A stretch of DNA of 64,000 nt, taken from positions 8,946 to 72,945 of the forward strand of contig CBFIGY010000015.1 of the NCBI GenBank assembly GCA_965662235.1, read 5' to 3'. The stretch comes from an uncultured bacterium (lineage in GTDB: Bacteria; SAR324; NAC60-12). Each line of letters starts with the position of its first letter. Positions within the stretch are counted from its first letter, which is position 1. Positions 58,914-64,000 of this stretch are shown here, one piece after another. The notes under the pieces were generated by a model that was not told the DNA's origin, made no database searches, and worked only from the letters and a program-made list of their open reading frames with translations. The translations under genes and the position numbers were made by a program.

Positions 58914-60122
58914 ATGAAAATCACGGAGGCTCGGGTCATTGTGACGTGCCCGGGGCGCAACTTTGTCACCTTGAAGATTGTGACCGACGAAGGCGTGTAC
59001 GGCATTGGAGATGCCACTCTGAACGGTCGGGAACTCGCGGTGGCGGCTTATCTCGAGGAACACGTCATCCCTTGTCTGCTGGGACGAGACCCGCAGCAGG
59101 TGGAAGACATCTGGCAGTTTCTGTATCGCGGGGCCTACTGGCGGCGGGGTCCGGTCACCATGTCGGCGATTGCCGCGGTGGACACGGCGCTGTGGGACAT
59201 CAAGGCCAAGGTGGCCAATCAGCCGCTTTACCAGCTGTTGGGGGGACGGAGTCGCACGGGCGTGATGGTGTATGGCCACGCCAACGGAAACGACCTCAGC
59301 GAAACGGTGGAAGAGGTGGGGCGGTACATTGAGGCGGGCTACAAGGCGGTCCGGGCCCAGTGTGGCATTCCGGGCATCCCGAGCACCTACGGGGTTTCGA
59401 AGGACAAGATGTTTTATGAGCCGGCGGACGCGGATCTGCCAACGGAAAACGTCTGGTCGACCACCAAGTACTTGGACCATGTGCCAAAGCTGTTTGAGAC
59501 GCTCCGGGAAACCTATGGGTGGGAACCGCACCTGCTCCATGACGTTCACCACCGACTGACGCCGATTGAAGCGGCGCGTCTGGGGAAGTCACTGGAGCCG
59601 TATCGGCTGTTCTGGCTGGAAGATGCGGTGCCGGCAGAAAACCAAGAAGCCTTCCGCCTGATCCGCCAGCACACCACGACACCACTGGCGGTGGGGGAGA
59701 TCTTCAACACCATTTGGGACTGCAAGGACCTGCTAGAGGAGCAGCTGATCGACTACATCCGGACAACCGTGGTGCATGCCGGGGGCATTACGCACCTGCG
59801 GCGGATTGCCGACCTTGCGGGACTGTACCACGTCCGCACCGGCAGCCACGGCGCAACCGATCTTTCTCCGATCTGCATGGGCGCGGCCCTGCACTTTGAC
59901 CTCTGGGTGCCTAACTTCGGGATCCAGGAGTACATGCGGCACACGGAGGAGACCGATGCGGTCTTCCCCCACGCGTATTACTTTGAAGACGGTTACCTCC
60001 ACCCAGGTGAAACGCCCGGACACGGAGTGGACCTGAATGAGGAGTTGGCGGCCAAGTACCCCTATCAGCGGGCCTACCTTCCCGTCAACCGCTTGGAAGA
60101 CGGGACCATGTGGCACTGGTGA
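58914..60122 (+). CDS. manD: D-mannonate dehydratase (enolase superfamily, ManD/RspA)
   Basis: [32 protein letters not shown] and LEDGTMWHW motifs. Confidence 0.94.
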   Translation: MKITEARVIVTCPGRNFVTLKIVTDEGVYGIGDATLNGRELAVAAYLEEHVIPCLLGRDPQQVEDIWQFLYRGAYWRRGPVTMSAIAAVDTALWDIKAKVANQPLYQLLGGRSRTGVMVYGHANGNDLSETVEEVGRYIEAGYKAVRAQCGIPGIPSTYGVSKDKMFYEPADADLPTENVWSTTKYLDHVPKLFETLRETYGWEPHLLHDVHHRLTPIEAARLGKSLEPYRLFWLEDAVPAENQEAFRLIRQHTTTPLAVGEIFNTIWDCKDLLEEQLIDYIRTTVVHAGGITHLRRIADLAGLYHVRTGSHGATDLSPICMGAALHFDLWVPNFGIQEYMRHTEETDAVFPHAYYFEDGYLHPGETPGHGVDLNEELAAKYPYQRAYLPVNRLEDGTMWHW

Positions 60123-60128
60123 GTTCGC

Positions 60129-62516
60129 TCACTCTCCGTAAGGAACCCACACGTTCTTGACCTGGCAGGCGCGGCGAAGCCAGTCGCGCCCCTCCGTTCC
60201 CTCTCGATCAAACCAATTGAGGAGCTTCCCCTCGTTGGTCCACACCTGCTTGAGGTTGCCGACGCTGCGTCGTTGCGCCTCTGCCCCTTCCGCTCCAGTT
60301 CCACAGACCCAGATTCCGGCAACGTCTTCGTGATCCGCGAGCGTTTTTCCCAATTCCACAGGGTCTCCGGTCACGATGTTCACCACACCTCCCGGAACAT
60401 CGGAGGTTTCCAGAACCTGATAGAAGTCCGTTGCGATCAGCGCGTGCGGCCGAGACGGCACCAGCACCACGCGGTTGCCCATAGCGAGATGCGGGAGCAT
60501 CAGCGACAGCATGGCCAGCAGCGGGTGTTCATCGGGACAGATCACGCCCACCACACCAAGCGGCTCATTGAGCGCCAAGACAACGGTGCGGCTGGGAGGC
60601 TGATGCACGCGTCCTTCGTACTTGTCGGTCCAGGCGGCATAACTGAAGATCCGGGACAGGCTGGCTTCAAACTCCTGGGCGGCATTTTTGGCAGACGCCC
60701 CAGTAAGTTGCCGGAGCCGCTGTTGAAACTCATCAGCCCGTGCGCTCAGGTTTTCAGCAAGGTAATAGAGCACCTGTGCGCGGTTGTGAGCCGTGGCTTG
60801 GCTCCATCCGGACGCCTTGTGAGCGGCTTCTACGGCATTCCGGATGTCCTTGCGGTTGCCGTGTCCGACGGATCCGGCCAGCGTGCCGTTGGCTTGCAGC
60901 ACCGGAAGGTCGTAGCCGGAGTCCGGGCGGGTCTGCTTGCCTCCAATGAAGAGCTTGGCGGTCCGGTTGAGGGCTGCTTGAGCGTCGTTTGCAAGCGCTG
61001 GCAATTCTGTGGGAACGGCGACACGTTCCAGCGGCTTGGCCGTTCCGGAGGCCTTGGGCTTCAGGTATTCCAGCAGGCCTTCGTGTCCGCCTTCGCGCCC
61101 GTACCCGCTTTCCCGGTAACCACCGAAGCCACTGGAGGCGTCAAACTGGTTGGTGGAGTTGATCCAGACCACGCCGGCCTTGAGGAGCGGAGCCAGGTGG
61201 AGGGCCCGGTTGAGGTTCTCACTCCAGATGCTGGCGGCCAGTCCGTAGCGGGTGTTGTTGGCCAACTCAACGGCCTCTGAGGGCGTCCGGAAGGTGGAGC
61301 TGACGAGCACCGGTCCGAAGATTTCTACTTGAGCCAAGTGGGAGGACGGATGGACGTTGGTGAGCAGGGTCGGGGGGAAGAAACAGCCCTGCTCCGGAAG
61401 CGGATGAGGCGCCTGCCACGATTCAAGGCCCTCCGTTTGTCCCTCTGCGACCAGCGTCTGAATGCGTTCCAGCTGCACCGGTGCGACAATGGCGCCGAGG
61501 TCCATGCCCTTGTCCAGCGGGTTCCCCGTCCGGAGGGTACTCATGCGCCGTTTCAGTTTGTCCAGAAAACGCGAGGCAATGGATTCTTGAACCAGCAGGC
61601 GGGATCCGGCACAGCAGACCTGCCCCTGGTTGAACCAAATGGCGTCCACGACGCCTTCGACAGCAGCGTCGAGGTCCGCGTCGTCAAAGACCAGAAACGG
61701 GGACTTGCCCCCGAGCTCGAGGGTGAGGCGCTTTCCGCTACCTGCCGTCCCTTCCCGGATCTGCTTGCCGACTTCTGTGGAGCCGGTGAAGGCTATTTTA
61801 TTAACATCCGGGTGCGCGACAAGCGCGGCTCCTGTGGCGCCTGCTCCGGTCAGCAGGTTGAAGACTCCGGCCGGCAGTCCCACGCGGTTGCAGCATTCGG
61901 CAAACCAGAGGGCGGTCAGCGGGGTGAATTCCGCCGGCTTGAGGACAACGGTATTTCCTGCTGCGAGGGCAGGGGCGACTTTCCAAGCGAGCATCAGCAA
62001 CGGAAAGTTCCATGGAATGATCTGTCCGGCAACGCCCACAGGTTCGTGTTCCGGAAACTCGCTCTCCAGCAGCTGAGCCCAACCCGCATGGTGGTAGAAG
62101 TGCCGGATCACCAAGGGCACGTCGATGTCTCGGGTTTCCCGGATGGTCTTCCCGTTGTCCAGCGTTTCCAAGACGGCAAGCAGCCGGGCGTGCTTCTGCA
62201 TCTCGCGTGCGAGGGCATATAGGTAGCGCGCCCGGGCGGGGCCACCGAGGCTCTTCCACTGCGGGAACGCCTTCCGAGCGGCTTGGACAGCGGCATCGAC
62301 CTCCTGAGGGCCCGCTTCTAGGCAGGTCGCCAGGGGCTCACCTGTTGCGGGATTGTGGGTTTCAAAAGTGGGGAGGCCTTTGGGCGTCTTCCAGCTGCCG
62401 TTCAGGTAGAGGCCGAAACGTGACCGGTGCGCGTGCAGCCACTGGTGTGCGGCGTCTGCGCTTTCTGGAGCCGGGCCATAGTCCATGGAGTGGTAGAGAG
62501 CTGAGAGGTTGGTCAT
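60129..62516 (-). CDS. Two-domain aldehyde dehydrogenase (ALDH16-like)
   Basis: PWNFP, FTGS, ELGGK and QVCCAG motifs, followed by a second Rossmann-like ALDH domain lacking the catalytic module; 795 aa. Confidence 0.9.
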   Translation of the reverse strand: MTNLSALYHSMDYGPAPESADAAHQWLHAHRSRFGLYLNGSWKTPKGLPTFETHNPATGEPLATCLEAGPQEVDAAVQAARKAFPQWKSLGGPARARYLYALAREMQKHARLLAVLETLDNGKTIRETRDIDVPLVIRHFYHHAGWAQLLESEFPEHEPVGVAGQIIPWNFPLLMLAWKVAPALAAGNTVVLKPAEFTPLTALWFAECCNRVGLPAGVFNLLTGAGATGAALVAHPDVNKIAFTGSTEVGKQIREGTAGSGKRLTLELGGKSPFLVFDDADLDAAVEGVVDAIWFNQGQVCCAGSRLLVQESIASRFLDKLKRRMSTLRTGNPLDKGMDLGAIVAPVQLERIQTLVAEGQTEGLESWQAPHPLPEQGCFFPPTLLTNVHPSSHLAQVEIFGPVLVSSTFRTPSEAVELANNTRYGLAASIWSENLNRALHLAPLLKAGVVWINSTNQFDASSGFGGYRESGYGREGGHEGLLEYLKPKASGTAKPLERVAVPTELPALANDAQAALNRTAKLFIGGKQTRPDSGYDLPVLQANGTLAGSVGHGNRKDIRNAVEAAHKASGWSQATAHNRAQVLYYLAENLSARADEFQQRLRQLTGASAKNAAQEFEASLSRIFSYAAWTDKYEGRVHQPPSRTVVLALNEPLGVVGVICPDEHPLLAMLSLMLPHLAMGNRVVLVPSRPHALIATDFYQVLETSDVPGGVVNIVTGDPVELGKTLADHEDVAGIWVCGTGAEGAEAQRRSVGNLKQVWTNEGKLLNWFDREGTEGRDWLRRACQVKNVWVPYGE

Positions 62517-62539
62517 GGGGGGTGGAGGCAGATCAGGGT

Positions 62540-63496
62540 TCAGGCAGCAGGGTGGTGATGAGCAGCGGAGTAGCGTCCGGTGACGTAGTGTTCCAGCTGG
62601 CGTTCAATGTCGGTGAGCAAACCGCTTGCGCCAAACCGAAACAGGTCCGGGCTCAGCCACGGGGCACCGAGTTCCTCCTTCATGAGAATGAGCCACTCGA
62701 GGGCCTGTTTGGCGGTCCGGATGCCTCCTGCGGGTTTGAAGCCAACACGGAAACCGCTCCGTTCCTCATGCTCCCGGATGAGGCGGACCATGGTCAGGCT
62801 GACTGGCAGGGTCGCATTGACGGGCTCTTTTCCGGTGGAGGTTTTGATGAAATCGGCTCCCGCTTGCAGGCAGACGGCACTTGCGCGCGCGACGTTTCGC
62901 AGTGTTCCCAGGTCTCCTGTGCCGAGAATGGTCTTCAGGTGCGCGGCACCGCAGGCCTCTCGGTAAGCAGCGACTTCGTCATAGAGAGCGTTCCAGTTCC
63001 CCGTCAGCACATGAGCCCGGGTGATGACAATGTCAATTTCAGAGGCTCCGGCTTCAACGGACGCTCGAATTTCCGCAAGCTTGACCGGCAAGGGGCTCAA
63101 GCCGTGCGGGAACCCGGTGGAAACGGCAGCAACCGGAATGCCCGAACTTTCCAACGCCCGGACGGCTGTTTCCACAAACGCGTGGTAAACGCAGACCGCT
63201 CCCACCCGTAGGGCAAGGTCTTCAACTCCCAAGGCCTGGATCAGGTCCGGACGCACCGGATGCCGGGCTTTTGCACAGAGGCGCCGCACGCGTTCGGGGG
63301 TGTCATCACTGGAAAGCGTGGTGAGGTCCATGCAAGCAATGGCCTTGAGGAGCCACGCGGCCTGCCAGTCTTTCTTGACGCTTCGCCGGGTGCCGAGGGT
63401 GGCTGCACGTCGTTCAGTGGCGCTTCGGTTGACCTGGAGGCGCTCAATCCAGTCCAGATCAAGCGGGGCCACAGGGTTTCGCGAGGAGTGAGTCAT
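62540..63496 (-). CDS. deoC: Deoxyribose-phosphate aldolase
   Basis: DLTTL, GASEIDIV, FIKTSTGK, GFKPAGGI and RFGASGLL motifs. Confidence 0.96.
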   Translation of the reverse strand: MTHSSRNPVAPLDLDWIERLQVNRSATERRAATLGTRRSVKKDWQAAWLLKAIACMDLTTLSSDDTPERVRRLCAKARHPVRPDLIQALGVEDLALRVGAVCVYHAFVETAVRALESSGIPVAAVSTGFPHGLSPLPVKLAEIRASVEAGASEIDIVITRAHVLTGNWNALYDEVAAYREACGAAHLKTILGTGDLGTLRNVARASAVCLQAGADFIKTSTGKEPVNATLPVSLTMVRLIREHEERSGFRVGFKPAGGIRTAKQALEWLILMKEELGAPWLSPDLFRFGASGLLTDIERQLEHYVTGRYSAAHHHPAA

Positions 63497-63766
63497 GAGG
63501 GATGAAGCGATTCAGGGGTTGAGGTGACCGGAAAGCTCACTAAGCTATCGGGCTCGCCGGGAAAAACAAAGATATTTCCAAGAGGGCTGGCGTCTCTCAT
63601 CAAGGCACCGTACGCTAGCAGCGGTTGAGGCGTGTTGCCCTTTTTGGTGGTGCCTCTACCAAAACTGAGGCCGGTGTTGCGGAAAGAGTAAAGGTGCTTC
63701 ACGATTAGAGGAAGTGCCATTTTTCTGCAAGTTCAATCTAACTTAATTGGTGAGCTGTTGTAAAGA

Positions 63767-64000
63767 GTGGACTCATTTCTAAGAGAAAAATTAGGAGAGA
63801 AGTACAAACTTTATTTCGTTAATACAAGCTGGGTTTTTTTTGAAAAAATATTTCGCCTTTTGGTGAACGTTTTCGTAAGCGCTTGGGTTGCTCGCTACTT
63901 AGGAACAGAAGCCTTTGGTAGCTTGAATTACTCTTTGAGCTTTGCAAAGGTCATAGCCGCTGTGAGCCTTTTAGGCTTGGATCAGATCGTAGTCAGGGAA
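63767..64000 (+). CDS. wzx: Wzx-type polysaccharide flippase, N-terminal part (runs off the window)
   Basis: GTG start, MDSFLREKLGEKYKLYFVNTSWVFFEKIFRLLVNVFVSAWVARYLGTEAFGSLNYSLSF...LGLDQIVVRE; AT-rich sequence. Confidence 0.85.
   Translation, partial: MDSFLREKLGEKYKLYFVNTSWVFFEKIFRLLVNVFVSAWVARYLGTEAFGSLNYSLSFAKVIAAVSLLGLDQIVVRE

Noticed and set aside
63493..63720. 75-aa ORF upstream of deoC, and a possible ops/JUMPstart element before wzx
   Set aside because: The ORF has no recognisable features and atypical composition, and no GGCGGTAG ops core was found.
1..64000. CRISPR arrays, tRNA/rRNA genes, IS elements, prophage
   Set aside because: I saw no regularly spaced repeats, RNA gene signatures, transposases or phage structural genes by eye; intergenic gaps are short.

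Overview
This is a GC-rich (visually about 60%) bacterial chromosomal segment with no rRNA, tRNA, CRISPR array, integrase or transposase that I can support. The gene mix is compatible with a marine deltaproteobacteria-like lineage such as SAR324, which is inference only. From left to right: (1) a partial APH-kinase/AAA gene and a cbb3 oxidase operon, ccoN-O-Q-P plus a DUF4006-like peptide, of apparent Campylobacterota type, divergent from an OmpR-family two-component pair; (2) an exported rhodanese and a stand-alone pstS with an 11-bp-periodic Pho-box-like site; (3) a four-gene envelope operon encoding a TraF/FadL-like beta-barrel, two lipoproteins and a tetraheme cytochrome c fused to a degenerate UshA-like domain; (4) trpB2, an acuI/yhdH-like reductase, rnhA, a ytfJ-like gene, aceB and a PAS pseudo-histidine kinase; (5) yccA and PBP1A, followed by a tightly coupled cassette of caspase-like lipoprotein, ECF sigma, zinc anti-sigma and M48-TPR protease; (6) thrH, rlmB, xseA, a second M48-TPR protein, traB, an orphan recC, hisI, a penicillin-acylase-family gene and a small phage-like Sm-fold gene; (7) a GntR-controlled cluster of about 16 kb for a probable sulfated uronate/amino-sugar substrate; (8) ALDH16-like plus deoC, and the start of an AT-rich wzx flippase locus. 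The best candidates for undescribed systems are the caspase-ECF-anti-sigma-M48 cassette, the barrel-lipoprotein-cytochrome operon and the sulfatase/dioxygenase sugar pathway. All family calls come from motif recognition, not from database searches.
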